Source: Myxococcales bacterium (GTDB lineage: Bacteria; Myxococcota_A; Polyangia; Polyangiales; Polyangiaceae). From it: a DNA stretch of 64,000 bases. Below, piece by piece: positions 37,368 to 47,090 of the stretch. The stretch lies in contig JAYTOU010000064.1 of assembly GCA_043747615.1 (NCBI GenBank), positions 31,996 through 95,995 on the forward strand, written 5' to 3'. Below the pieces are notes generated by a model. It searched no databases, was not told the origin of the DNA, and saw nothing but the letters and a program-made list of their open reading frames with translations. The translations under genes were made by a program, and so were the position numbers. Within the stretch, counting starts at the first letter, position 1, and every line of letters begins with the position of its first letter.

Positions 37368-39016
37368 GCACGCGCTCGATCCTGCGCCTCTTGGCGGGTT
37401 ACGCGTTCGTGCTTGGCCTCGCGTGCTTCGGCATCATCCATGAGTTCACACTCCGCGACGATCCGCACGGCGAGGTGATCGCCTCGCTGTGGCAGGACGG
37501 TGATCTCGTCGAGCGCCTGGTCTTCATCGACGCTGCCACCCAGGCCGCGTGGTTGGGTGCGGCCCGCCCATCGCACCGTCAGATCGTGTTGGAGACCGTG
37601 ATCGCGCAAGGCCCGCTCCTCGCACGCCCGGAAGCCGCGTTCTCGCTTTCTCTCGTCGCGCCTCTGGACGGAGTGAAGGCCACGCTCGCCGGCGCGACCG
37701 CGTACGTCACACCCGACGATCTCCTGCTTCGACAGGCCTACGATCGCGGAATCCAGGACGCCACGCTCGGCCTCAGCGCGGGCGTCGACGTCCAGACGGT
37801 GCTCCTCTTGCTCTCCCAGCGGCTGCACACGAGCGTGCGTGAAGTGCTTGAATTTGCGGATCTGCGTCGCATTCGGGTGAGACGCACGGCGCTCGGGGTG
37901 CCTCCATCACCCAGCGTGGATGCGCAGACGCTCTCGCGAGATCAGGTGCGCGAGGCCGTCGTCGAAGCGAGCTCTTATCTTGCCCGCGGCGTAGACGAAG
38001 CCGGACGCTTTCGCTACTTCGTCGACGCGTCGACCAACCGCAATCTCCCCGGCTACGACTGGCCCCGCCACGCCGGCGCCACGTACTTTCTCGCGCAAGC
38101 CGCGGCGTTCTCCGGAGACGCTGACGTGCGTGCGGCGGCGATCCGTGCGGCCTCTCGCCTGAGGGACAACGCGCTCGTCACCTGTGGAGACGAGGCATGC
38201 ATCGCGGATGACTCGGTCGCCGAGATCGGATCGAGCGCGCTCGCCATCATCGCGTTCGTGGAGATCGCGCGGACCGGCATCGACCCGACGTTCGCGCCGA
38301 CGGTCGCCAGACTCGCGCGGTTTCTACGCACGCAGCAGCGTCCGGACGGTGAGTTCATGCACCAGTACGATCGCGACGCGCGTCGCCCGATCGACGTACA
38401 GTTTCTCTACTTTTCAGGGGAAGCGACGCTTGCCCTCTCGCGCGCGCACGCCCTCACCCAGGATCCGGACACGCTGGTCGGTGCGAAGAGTGGACTCGCA
38501 AACCTGGTCGGTCCGGCCTGGCATTTCTTCGGCGACCGCTACTACTTCGGCGAAGAGCACTGGACGTGTCAGGCCATGGCGGATCTCTGGACGTTGGCCC
38601 CGAACGGAGAGGCCTTGGATTTTTGCATGCGTTGGCAAGCCTACGGACGGAAGATGCAACACGTCGCCGGCGACTCTCCACGCGATGCCGAGGGTTCGTT
38701 CGGCGTTGATCCGATCATCACTCCGCGTTTCACTCCCGTCGCTTCGCGCTGCGAAGCCGGCGTGGCAACCTTGGAGATCGCGCGACGCACAGGCCAGTCT
38801 GCTCCGGAGATCGCAGCGCTCGATCTTCAGCTCCGCCGCTCGCTCGCTCTACTGGTGCGAAAGCAATTTCGCCCGGGTCCCGTGCATCTCTTCGCTAGCA
38901 AGGAGGCCGTGCGCGGCGCATTCCCGGGGAGCGACGCCGATTGGCAGCTCCGCATCGATTACCCGCAGCACGCCGGGAGCGCCATGATCCGGTGGCTCGA
39001 AGTCACGCGCCCCTGA
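37364..39016 (+). CDS. Membrane-anchored hypothetical protein with probable alpha/alpha-barrel C-terminal domain
   Basis: GTGA overlap; N-terminal TM; GRFRY, YDWPRHAGA, QQRPDGEF, YFSGEA, RIDYPQHA. Confidence 0.75.
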   Translation: MSTRSILRLLAGYAFVLGLACFGIIHEFTLRDDPHGEVIASLWQDGDLVERLVFIDAATQAAWLGAARPSHRQIVLETVIAQGPLLARPEAAFSLSLVAPLDGVKATLAGATAYVTPDDLLLRQAYDRGIQDATLGLSAGVDVQTVLLLLSQRLHTSVREVLEFADLRRIRVRRTALGVPPSPSVDAQTLSRDQVREAVVEASSYLARGVDEAGRFRYFVDASTNRNLPGYDWPRHAGATYFLAQAAAFSGDADVRAAAIRAASRLRDNALVTCGDEACIADDSVAEIGSSALAIIAFVEIARTGIDPTFAPTVARLARFLRTQQRPDGEFMHQYDRDARRPIDVQFLYFSGEATLALSRAHALTQDPDTLVGAKSGLANLVGPAWHFFGDRYYFGEEHWTCQAMADLWTLAPNGEALDFCMRWQAYGRKMQHVAGDSPRDAEGSFGVDPIITPRFTPVASRCEAGVATLEIARRTGQSAPEIAALDLQLRRSLALLVRKQFRPGPVHLFASKEAVRGAFPGSDADWQLRIDYPQHAGSAMIRWLEVTRP

Positions 39017-39438
39017 GCGACCTCGGGGAACTGTGGCGCAGGATCGTCACGCGGCCACAGGCACATCTACCTACAAAAATGCAACAAAGAGTTGGACCAT
39101 GGAAAAACTGGGGTTAGCTTAACGTGTGCAGAGTCCACATACGTGGCCTCGCGCTCTGGAGGGCGATGCCCGACTCGGACGGTCTAGAGAGGCGAATCAA
39201 ATCTGAAAAACGGGGCGCACTTGCGTCCACTTCGCCCTTGGCTGTCAGTGTCCGTCGTCAGCAACCGAGCAAAACGGATCGGAGCACGCAGGCACCAAAC
39301 TTGCGTTGTTGGCTCCCGTGCGAATGGCACTGCCAAAACACTTTCGGCTCGCAGTCCGACTTGGCCTCGAAACCCCAACCCTGGGAGAGCGGTTCATGCG
39401 CGAACCCAGGACTGCCTTGGAAAGAGTGAGGTGAATGG

Positions 39439-39705
39439 ATGAAGACCCACGCAGCCATCACGAGCCTCGAAGCTGTATCCCTCGAAGAAGCACGCGCCTA
39501 CCTGGACGATGCAAATGGTGATGAGCTCAACGCGGCGTCTGCCCTGGCGGCAGACCGCAACAAGCTCGCCGGCGATTCATCGGTCCCGCCGGACGACGCC
39601 GAAGTTCACCAAGCGCTGTTCCTACTCCGGCGTGCGTCTGGCCAAACGGCCCCTAGCTTCGATTCGATGAAAGTGCAGCTTCGTCACAAGCGTCTGGCGG
39701 CGTAG
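39439..39705 (+). CDS. Small hypothetical protein (88 aa)
   Basis: GAGGTG RBS; helical sequence; typical codon usage. Confidence 0.7.
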   Translation: MKTHAAITSLEAVSLEEARAYLDDANGDELNAASALAADRNKLAGDSSVPPDDAEVHQALFLLRRASGQTAPSFDSMKVQLRHKRLAA

Positions 39706-39745
39706 ATCTCTCCAGCGCGACTGTGGCGTCGTCATTTATGCGCGC

Positions 39746-41095
39746 TCACTTCGCGTCGATTTTCGGCTCCGTCTTTTCGATGAGGGGGTTGAAGGCCTTT
39801 GCCTTCGCAGCAAAATCGGAGGCCTTCGCGCCATCGACGCCCGTATAAACGCGCGCGGCGGTCCAGTACAGCTCCGCAGACTTGATCGGCATGAGGAGAG
39901 CCTTGTCGATCGAGACCTGTGCGCTCTTGCCGTCCTTGTTGGCAAGCTGAGCGCGGGCAAGCGCGACGTAGCTGATGCTGTTCGGGCGAAGCGCCAGATT
40001 CTTGGTGAGTAGCTCTAGTGCCTTCTTGGGGTTCGCGCCTTCCGACATGAAGAACTCCGAGGCGTGCCAGTACATGGCCTGCGGGTACTTCGTGAGCAGC
40101 TCACCGTAGCGCGCCGTCGCCTTCGCTTTGAGCGCATCCGCCTCCTTGGTTTTGCCTTTCTCGCGGTAGAGCGCGGCGAGCGCGCCCATGAACTCCGGAT
40201 CGGGGGACCGCTTCGTGATGCCCTCGTAGATGGCGATTGCTTCGTCGTCTTTGCCAACGAGATGCAGCGCCTCGGCGAGGTGCTCGCCCGCCATCACGAA
40301 GGACGGAATCCGCGCCACGGCCTCGCGATAGAAGAGCACGGCGTCCTCGAATTTCCCGGTCTTCATCTTGTGAAGACCACGCTGCACGTCGATCCACGCA
40401 AGAGGAATCGGGCTGGTGTCGCGCAGGAGATCCTCGGCCTCTTCGAACTCACGATCGGCAGCTTCTTGCTCCCCGAGATCGTGATGTAGCTGCGCTTCGC
40501 GAGCGAGAGTGTAGAGCGATTTCCTGGTCGAGGCCGCACGGATCGCGGTGATAGCGGCATCGTACTTTCCGTCGTTCCAATCGAGCTCTTGCACGACCGC
40601 GGCTACGTCTTCGCCTGTTGCGCCGAGGGTCTTGGCCTTCTCGATGTCGGCCCGCGCTTCAGGGAATCGATGAAGGCTCTGCTCCTGTTCGGCGCGCGCG
40701 ATGTAGATCGAAGCGTTCGCGGGCTCGAGCTTGATGGCGCTGCTCGTGATGTCGATCGCCTGCTGGATCTCGTCGAGATCTCCGCGATGTTTTCCGCGGA
40801 CGTAGTGCGCTCCGCTGAGCATGCCGAGCTTCGCGGTCGACTTCGGATCCCGCTTGAGGATCTTGTCCATCGCGTCGACCTGGCCGTCGAGGTTGCCGAG
40901 GTAGATCTCGGCGCTGGTGGTTGCGAGCTCGGCTTGCGTCCGCGGCTTTCCTCGTAGGGGCGCCGGAGCGGCAGGCGGGGCGGGCGCGGCAGCGGTGCTC
41001 GGTGCGACGCTCGGTGCAGGCGGCGTCGCCTTCTCGTCGTCGTGGCAACCGGCGAGCGCGATCATCCCAACAAGGCTGAAATAGAGACGTTTCAT
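39746..41095 (-). CDS. TPR-repeat lipoprotein (DUF4331-associated)
   Basis: Lipobox LAGC, Pro/Ala linker, multiple TPR helices (HRFPEA, EHLAE). Confidence 0.87.
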   Translation of the reverse strand: MKRLYFSLVGMIALAGCHDDEKATPPAPSVAPSTAAAPAPPAAPAPLRGKPRTQAELATTSAEIYLGNLDGQVDAMDKILKRDPKSTAKLGMLSGAHYVRGKHRGDLDEIQQAIDITSSAIKLEPANASIYIARAEQEQSLHRFPEARADIEKAKTLGATGEDVAAVVQELDWNDGKYDAAITAIRAASTRKSLYTLAREAQLHHDLGEQEAADREFEEAEDLLRDTSPIPLAWIDVQRGLHKMKTGKFEDAVLFYREAVARIPSFVMAGEHLAEALHLVGKDDEAIAIYEGITKRSPDPEFMGALAALYREKGKTKEADALKAKATARYGELLTKYPQAMYWHASEFFMSEGANPKKALELLTKNLALRPNSISYVALARAQLANKDGKSAQVSIDKALLMPIKSAELYWTAARVYTGVDGAKASDFAAKAKAFNPLIEKTEPKIDAK

Positions 41096-41109
41096 CGTTC
41101 GGATCTCAC

Positions 41110-41171
41110 AAAAGAAAATCGGCGTCGCGGGCTCCCCCCTCTAACAAGGGGACGAGCACTCGCGACGCCGA
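41110..41171 (-). terminator. Intrinsic terminator-like stem-loop between DUF4331 genes and TPR gene
   Basis: 11-bp arms TCGGCGTCGCG (41119-41129) and CGCGACGCCGA (41161-41171), followed on the minus strand by TTTTCTTTT. Confidence 0.7.
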
Positions 41172-41190
41172 CTGTACTACGAACTGAGGT

Positions 41191-41886
41191 TCAGTTCGGA
41201 GCTGCCATGTACGGCCAAACCAGCGCGGAATCCTTGGTCGCCTTGGGGACGCCGTCGCAGACGCCGGCGAACTGCCGGACCACTAAGTACGAGAACACCT
41301 TGTCGACGATGTCTTCGTTGAGCCAGCGACCTCCGCTGCTCGTCTCTGAGCTGCCAGCCCCGCCAGCGTTGAGAACCTGGTCCTCGATGTTGAGGAAGCC
41401 CTTCGCGTCGAAAGGCGCTTCCGGGTTGACAATGATGACGTCGAACTTGAGGGGCTGGACGAGCGGGTGCTCGGCAGCTCCGCCGTCCGTCCATTTGTAC
41501 GCCGGGTTTCCGGGGGGGCTGAGCGAGTTGAAGAGCTTCAGGTGCTGATCAAAGCTCGTGTCGAACACCGCTCCGCCAGACCCGATGGGGCTGAAGGAGT
41601 ACGTGTCGGCCTGGTTCCAGGGATCTTTCAGGGCCTTGTCGTTGAGGGCCGTGTTGATCGCCGGACGACCCATGCGGTCGATCTGACCGAGCGGGAGGCT
41701 GGCTTCAGCGCCCGTTTCGGTGATGGGGGCATCCGTGCCGCCACCGTCCGCGCCGGGAATGACCACGTCGGGTTTGCCGGAGTCAGGCGTGGAGGTGTTG
41801 GTGTCGTCACTGCCGCAGCCGACGGCAAGCGCGGAGCAGGAGAGGGTTACGATTCCGAGAGCCAGAAGAATTTTCATGTTTTTCAT
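41191..41886 (-). CDS. DUF4331-family lipoprotein (C-terminal-type half)
   Basis: Lipobox AVGC; QIDRMGRPAINTAL, GGRWLNEDIVD, WPYMAAPN. Confidence 0.82.
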   Translation of the reverse strand: MKNMKILLALGIVTLSCSALAVGCGSDDTNTSTPDSGKPDVVIPGADGGGTDAPITETGAEASLPLGQIDRMGRPAINTALNDKALKDPWNQADTYSFSPIGSGGAVFDTSFDQHLKLFNSLSPPGNPAYKWTDGGAAEHPLVQPLKFDVIIVNPEAPFDAKGFLNIEDQVLNAGGAGSSETSSGGRWLNEDIVDKVFSYLVVRQFAGVCDGVPKATKDSALVWPYMAAPN

Positions 41887-41894
41887 GGCGGGCC

Positions 41895-42566
41895 TCAGTT
41901 CCCGGTCCGCTTGGTGTCAGCGGCTACAGTTAGGAGGGGGATTGTGGCGGCATCGCCCGGATTGAACGCCTTGGCGGAGTTCACTTCGAGGATGATCGAG
42001 AGGACGTTGAAGCCGTCGAAGAAGTTCGAGCCGCCGTCACAGTCCGGGAACGATTTTCCGCTGTTGAGCACCGCTGCGTCACCCGTCTTGAGCAAGGTCT
42101 GGAAGGCCCCGAAGTCGAAGAAGAAGGGGTCCGACCGGAGACCGGCGAAGAGACAGATGTCGTCGGTGCCCAAGCAGGTCGACGTGGCGTTGAAGGCCAC
42201 CGTCTTGGTGAGGCCGCCGCCGCCGGTGCAGGTCATGCCCGCCGCCGCCGTGAAATTGCACTTGAAACCCAAGTCCGGACCGACGGCAAGGCTGCCGCCG
42301 ACCACGGAATGAGCGCGGAAATAATAGTCCACCTTGTCGGAGAACTTGGAAGCTGCGCTCGCTGTCGGCGTTACGTCCATGATGAGGACGAGGTGGCCAG
42401 CGGTCGTCGGGCTGACGAACGTGTAGACGTCGGTGATGTCAGCGGCTTTGTCTGCCGTGGCGCCAGGGCTGTCGAGGTGGTCGGCCGCGCGCCCAGGCGT
42501 CATCACCGCAATTCCGGCGCCTATCACCGGAATGGCGAGTGCCGCCAATGTCCATTTCTTATTCAT
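41895..42566 (-). CDS. DUF4331-family secreted protein (N-terminal-type half)
   Basis: GGAGG RBS, signal peptide, ADHLDSP, ADITDVYTF, FAGLRSDPFFFD, FFDGFNVLSI. Confidence 0.85.
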   Translation of the reverse strand: MNKKWTLAALAIPVIGAGIAVMTPGRAADHLDSPGATADKAADITDVYTFVSPTTAGHLVLIMDVTPTASAASKFSDKVDYYFRAHSVVGGSLAVGPDLGFKCNFTAAAGMTCTGGGGLTKTVAFNATSTCLGTDDICLFAGLRSDPFFFDFGAFQTLLKTGDAAVLNSGKSFPDCDGGSNFFDGFNVLSIILEVNSAKAFNPGDAATIPLLTVAADTKRTGN

Positions 42567-42679
42567 GCTAATTCCTCCTCAGGAAAGGTCATCCAAGCGA
42601 ACCGTTGCCCACCCCGCCGCCAATGGCGGTCGAAAGCATCGGGAACCCTCCCAGGGTACGCTTAGAGCGGGGCGGTAGC

Positions 42680-43894
42680 CTACTTTTTTTCGACCGCGGA
42701 CCCAGACCCCGTGGAACCCGCGTCTTCGACGTGAACCGGCGCAGCTCTATCGAGTTCTTCGGCGCGGCTCTTCTCACGCCACGCGTAGAGCCCGAGCGCG
42801 CCCACCATGCAGGTCACGCCTAGGACGAGGCCGGCCAGAAGCGCCGTCCGGGAGGACATCGATGTCGGCTCGTCCATCTCCTCGAGCGCGGCGAGGGCCT
42901 CCGGGCTTGCGGGCTTGAGCATGTATTGGACTTGCTCGTCATTGAGGCTCGTCGTGCGCGAAGTTGCCGTCCCGCATACCTTGTCGAGCGCCTCCGAGAG
43001 CTCGAGGGCGGACTGGAAGCGGCGTTTCGGATCGCGCGCGCAGGCGACGGCGAACCATGCGTCGAAGCCGGCGGGCACGTTCGGGTTCAGATCGGACGCA
43101 AGGGGCAGGGAGGCCGCGCACACCTTGAGGACGATGTCGCCGAGGACTTCTCCCTCGAAGGGGATCCGCGCGGTCATCGCCGCAAACGTGCAAGCGCCGA
43201 GCGACCAGAGATCCGTGAGCGCGCCAGGTGCGCCCCCCATCGTGAGCTGCTCAGGGCTCATGAAGTTGGGCGTACCGATGACCGCGCCGTCCTGAGTGGG
43301 GCCGCCCATCGATCGACTTTGCCCCGAGCTCGACGCTGTGATCGGCTCCTGGAACATCTTGGCGATTCCGAAGTCGACCAGCTTCACGACGTAAGGCTCT
43401 TCCGCCGTCGCGTCGTCTTTGCTCGTCGCCAGGAAGATGTTGTCGGGCTTCAGATCGCGGTGAACGATCCCCCCGGCGTGGGCTTTCGAAAGGGCTTTGG
43501 CGGCCTGGCGGATGATTTTGGCCACCTCGCGCCCCGTCAGCGGGCCCTCGCGGATCAAGAGCTCAGAGAGCGATTCGCCCTCGAGGTACTCCATCACAAT
43601 GTACGGGAGCCCCTCTACGTCGGTGATTCCATAGTCGTAGACGTGGACCGCGTGCTTGGTCTGCAGCTTAGCCGCCGCGCGCGCTTCGATCTCGAAACGC
43701 TTTCGCGCGTCCGGATGCGCTGCGTGGGCCGGTTTGATGAACTTGATGGCGACCGTCGTGCCGAGCGCGATGTGTGCGCCGAGCCATACGGTTCCCATTC
43801 CGCCGGTGCCGATCAGGTGATCGACGCGGTACTTTCCGCCAATGATGTGGCCGGCGAGGTCAGGGACGTCGGGGGGAAGCTCGATTTCACTCAT
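42680..43894 (-). CDS. Hanks-type Ser/Thr protein kinase with C-terminal TM
   Basis: IGTGGMGTV, VAIK, HRDLKPDN, DFGIAK, GTPNFMSPEQ, DLWSLG. Confidence 0.95.
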   Translation of the reverse strand: MSEIELPPDVPDLAGHIIGGKYRVDHLIGTGGMGTVWLGAHIALGTTVAIKFIKPAHAAHPDARKRFEIEARAAAKLQTKHAVHVYDYGITDVEGLPYIVMEYLEGESLSELLIREGPLTGREVAKIIRQAAKALSKAHAGGIVHRDLKPDNIFLATSKDDATAEEPYVVKLVDFGIAKMFQEPITASSSGQSRSMGGPTQDGAVIGTPNFMSPEQLTMGGAPGALTDLWSLGACTFAAMTARIPFEGEVLGDIVLKVCAASLPLASDLNPNVPAGFDAWFAVACARDPKRRFQSALELSEALDKVCGTATSRTTSLNDEQVQYMLKPASPEALAALEEMDEPTSMSSRTALLAGLVLGVTCMVGALGLYAWREKSRAEELDRAAPVHVEDAGSTGSGSAVEKK

Positions 43895-44008
43895 GGCGAA
43901 GAAGGACCGCGATCGTAGCGAATCTCGGTCCCGTTGGGGAAATCCCTGGCGCGCGGGAAGAAATGAGCTTCCGGGCCCCGTGCAGGATCGTCCTCGGTGA
44001 ACAGGACG

Positions 44009-45742
44009 TCACGGGCTGCGCTTCTTGGCCACGAGGGTGGGTACGTTCTTCACGCTGTCGAGCGGGGCAATGTCGAGCAGGTCGGTCGCCGCCCGCGCGA
44101 ACGTACGGAAGTCTAGCGGGCCTTCGTTGACGACGCCCGCTGCCACGCGACCCGGCGCGCGCACGAGGAGAGGCACCGCGCGATCGTAGAGGTAGGGCGA
44201 CCCGTGGCTCGTGCCGGTTCCGACGACGTAGAGCGGATCGAAGAAGCTCCCGCGCGCCACGAGCACGTAGTAGTCGCCTGCGTCGTCGGGGATCGATTCG
44301 AAGACGAGCGTGCTCGCCGGAGGCACCGCATCGCGCGCAAACACGTTGTCCACCTCGGGATGCTTGGCGAGGGCCGTGGTCACCGCGAGGTCGAGCTTCT
44401 TTCGCTCCTCGCCGACGAGGGCCCGACCAAAGCGTGTAAGGTACACATAAGGATCGGCAATTCCTGCGATGAAATCGCCTTCTCCGACGCCGGCGCGGAC
44501 CGCCGCGCGAATTTCGTCGGCCAGCGAGTCGGGCAGGAGTCGACCGACTTTTCCGCACGCGCGTTCCCAACGATCGGGTTTGGCGTTCGGCTCGCACCAC
44601 GGGCGCGCTCCCGGGAGAAGCGTCACCTCGGGCATGGTCGTCACGCCGTGATCGGCGGCGAGGACCACCGCGTACCCGTCGCTGCCAAGCCGCGTATCGA
44701 GGCCGGTGAAGAACTTGGCGAGCGCGGCGTCCAGGCGAAGGAGCTCGTCCCACGCTTCCCATGAGTCCGGTCCGAAGGAGTGCCCGACATAATCGTTCGT
44801 GGAGAGCGAGATCGCGAGGAGCATCGCGCGGCCCTTCGTGTACTCGGCATCGATGGCGGCGAGACCGAGGCCGAGCAAGAGCTCGTCGGCGAACGGGCTC
44901 TGTCGGAAGGCTCCCGGACCGCCCGTGAATCCGTGGGGAAACGTGATCCCCGCACCATCGAAATCGCCCTCGCCCGGCTGCGCATCGGGGGTGATGGAAT
45001 GCGACGGAGCCCATGTCGGATCGAGCCGGTCCCAGCGTCGGGCGCGCAGCATGTCGAGCGCTGCCTTGTCCGCTACGGGCCGGGCCCACGCCGGGAACGA
45101 CGAGGCGAAGGCGGTGGACGTGGTAAAGCCCTCGTACGGCGCTTCAATCCACAGGGTGCTGCTCGGGTGCCTCCCGCCGCCGGGGATGGCTGCGCGATCT
45201 TTCAACGAGAGGCTCACGATGACCGCGTCTGGATGCGCAGCACGGAGAGCATCGGCCACGGTGTCTACGCGGAAGCGCGCGCTCGACGACGAGGGAGCGT
45301 TGTCAGGTGCTGTCTTGTCAGCTGGTCCGCGTTGACCATCGCTTCGGAGGGCGCGCACGTTGGGATCGCGCAGGATCGAGCGGCGTTTGCGGGTGATCTC
45401 GTCGACGACTTCGTTCGCAAAAATTCCCGAAGCTCGAGGCGTGGCTCCCGTGTAGAGCGCCGCGTGGCCTGGGGCCGTGTCGGTGACCGCGTGGTCGTAG
45501 CGCATCTCGCGTACCCACGTTCCTTCACGACGCAGGCGGGCAAAGCCTCCACTCTCGGGCAGCAACGGAAACCGCTCTGCCGCGATCCACGCCGCGAGCT
45601 GGTCGATCACCAAGGTGACCACCACCGGCTGTCTCCGTCTTTCGAGCGGAGCGACCGAGGAGCCGGACCGAGGCGCCTGCGCGTGCTCGTTGCCGCAGGC
45701 GAGAACGAGGCTACCGAGAAGCGCCCACGCGGCTTTCCTCAA
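44009..45742 (-). CDS. Alkaline phosphatase superfamily lipoprotein (PafA/PhoK-like)
   Basis: TTG start LRKAAWALLGSLVLAC with lipobox; VIDQ, TDTAPGHA with Thr nucleophile, SLKDRAAI, DYVGHSFGP, ADHG, SHGSPYLYD. Confidence 0.9.
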   Translation of the reverse strand: MRKAAWALLGSLVLACGNEHAQAPRSGSSVAPLERRRQPVVVTLVIDQLAAWIAAERFPLLPESGGFARLRREGTWVREMRYDHAVTDTAPGHAALYTGATPRASGIFANEVVDEITRKRRSILRDPNVRALRSDGQRGPADKTAPDNAPSSSSARFRVDTVADALRAAHPDAVIVSLSLKDRAAIPGGGRHPSSTLWIEAPYEGFTTSTAFASSFPAWARPVADKAALDMLRARRWDRLDPTWAPSHSITPDAQPGEGDFDGAGITFPHGFTGGPGAFRQSPFADELLLGLGLAAIDAEYTKGRAMLLAISLSTNDYVGHSFGPDSWEAWDELLRLDAALAKFFTGLDTRLGSDGYAVVLAADHGVTTMPEVTLLPGARPWCEPNAKPDRWERACGKVGRLLPDSLADEIRAAVRAGVGEGDFIAGIADPYVYLTRFGRALVGEERKKLDLAVTTALAKHPEVDNVFARDAVPPASTLVFESIPDDAGDYYVLVARGSFFDPLYVVGTGTSHGSPYLYDRAVPLLVRAPGRVAAGVVNEGPLDFRTFARAATDLLDIAPLDSVKNVPTLVAKKRSP

Positions 45743-45744
45743 TG

Positions 45745-47073
45745 TCAGGACAGCCAGAGGAGCACGAGGGAGAGCGTCAGCGTGGGGATGAGGACGATCG
45801 TTCCGAGCCGAATGAATTTCCAGATACTGATCTCGATTCCAGAGCGACGAAGGAGGTCGAGCCACAGCAGCCCCGCAAGCGATCCAACGGGCAGAAGGCG
45901 CGGCCCGATATCGCCGCCAACGAGCGCTGCCAGAAGCGGTCGACTGCCGCCGTGCGCCCCGAGAGCCATCATGTTGAGGATCGACATCGGATGGTTGTCG
46001 ACGACCGCAGATCCGATGGCAGCGACCACCCCGACCGTCGCGATTTCTCGTCCGCTGCCGGACGGAACTGCCTGGTAGAAGTGGGCGAGCTGCTCCACCA
46101 CCCCCACATGACGAAGGCCAGCGACGACGAGAAACACGCCCCATAGGAAGACGAGAATGTCCGGAGAGATGTGGCGGAGCACCTGCCGCGTCGGGGCGAC
46201 CCGGTACGCGCGGGCGATGCCGAGGCAGCCGAGAGCACCGGCGACGGCGACGATCCAGATCTGTCCGCCGAACGCCGCTGTGATCGGGTACGCCGCGAAG
46301 ACTACGAGCAACACGGCGACGGCAGGACGCTCCGCGCGGTGTCGCTCTACGACTTCGACCGGGGTACGAGCGGCTACGGTGGTCGCGAGCAGCCTCCCAA
46401 AATGAAGGTAGAGGACCGCGAACGTGAGGAGAGCTCCGGCGATCGAAAGGGGAAGCATGATCTTCGCGTAGGCGTTGAAATCCACCCCCGCAAACTCGGC
46501 GACGATCATGTTCATCGGATTGGAAGTGATGAGCGGCGCCACGCCCGGGGCGAGGAAAACCACGAAGGCAAACGCCTCGGTGACCGCCGGACGACCCGGA
46601 TAAAGCCGGCGCGTGAGGGCAACGATGAGGGGCGTGAGGAGCAAGATCGCCGAATCGTTGTTTAAGAGGGATGGCGTCACGACGCTCATCACGAACACGA
46701 GCTTGAACGTGTGAGTCGCTGACGTGTCTCGTGCGCGCGACTCGATCCAGCACGCGAGGCGCTCGAACGCCCGGACCTCCTGCACGACGCCCGTCATCAC
46801 CATGATGCAGGTGAGCGACAAGAGCGGACGCCACTGGATGCGTGCGGACGAGAGCATGTCGTCGAACGTCAGGAGCCGCGCCAGGAGCAACGTGACGACG
46901 CCGAGGAGCGCCGCGCTGCCCGGGGAGAAACGCAGATCGCGCAAACCGATGCGGGGCCGCGACACCGCCAGGCTGATGGTGACGAACAGCGTGGAGTACG
47001 CGATTGCCTCGTCCAAGGCTTGCGAAAGTAGCACAGGAACCGGGTCTCTCCGCGCGAGACACGGGCAGATCAA
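45745..47073 (-). CDS. ArsB/NhaD-family (ion transporter superfamily) membrane transporter
   Basis: LLNNDSAILLLTP, SNPMNMIVA, VDNHP, DIGPRLLPVGSLAGLLW; about 11 TM. Start uncertain. Confidence 0.88.
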   Translation of the reverse strand: MICPCLARRDPVPVLLSQALDEAIAYSTLFVTISLAVSRPRIGLRDLRFSPGSAALLGVVTLLLARLLTFDDMLSSARIQWRPLLSLTCIMVMTGVVQEVRAFERLACWIESRARDTSATHTFKLVFVMSVVTPSLLNNDSAILLLTPLIVALTRRLYPGRPAVTEAFAFVVFLAPGVAPLITSNPMNMIVAEFAGVDFNAYAKIMLPLSIAGALLTFAVLYLHFGRLLATTVAARTPVEVVERHRAERPAVAVLLVVFAAYPITAAFGGQIWIVAVAGALGCLGIARAYRVAPTRQVLRHISPDILVFLWGVFLVVAGLRHVGVVEQLAHFYQAVPSGSGREIATVGVVAAIGSAVVDNHPMSILNMMALGAHGGSRPLLAALVGGDIGPRLLPVGSLAGLLWLDLLRRSGIEISIWKFIRLGTIVLIPTLTLSLVLLWLS

Positions 47074-47090
47074 TGGTTAAAAAGTAGAAC

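Noticed and set aside
39124..39429. 101-aa ORF in the long intergenic region
   Set aside because: No clear RBS, atypical codon usage and composition, no motifs.
41191..42566. DUF4331 split as a frameshifted pseudogene
   Set aside because: Each half has its own start and export signal.
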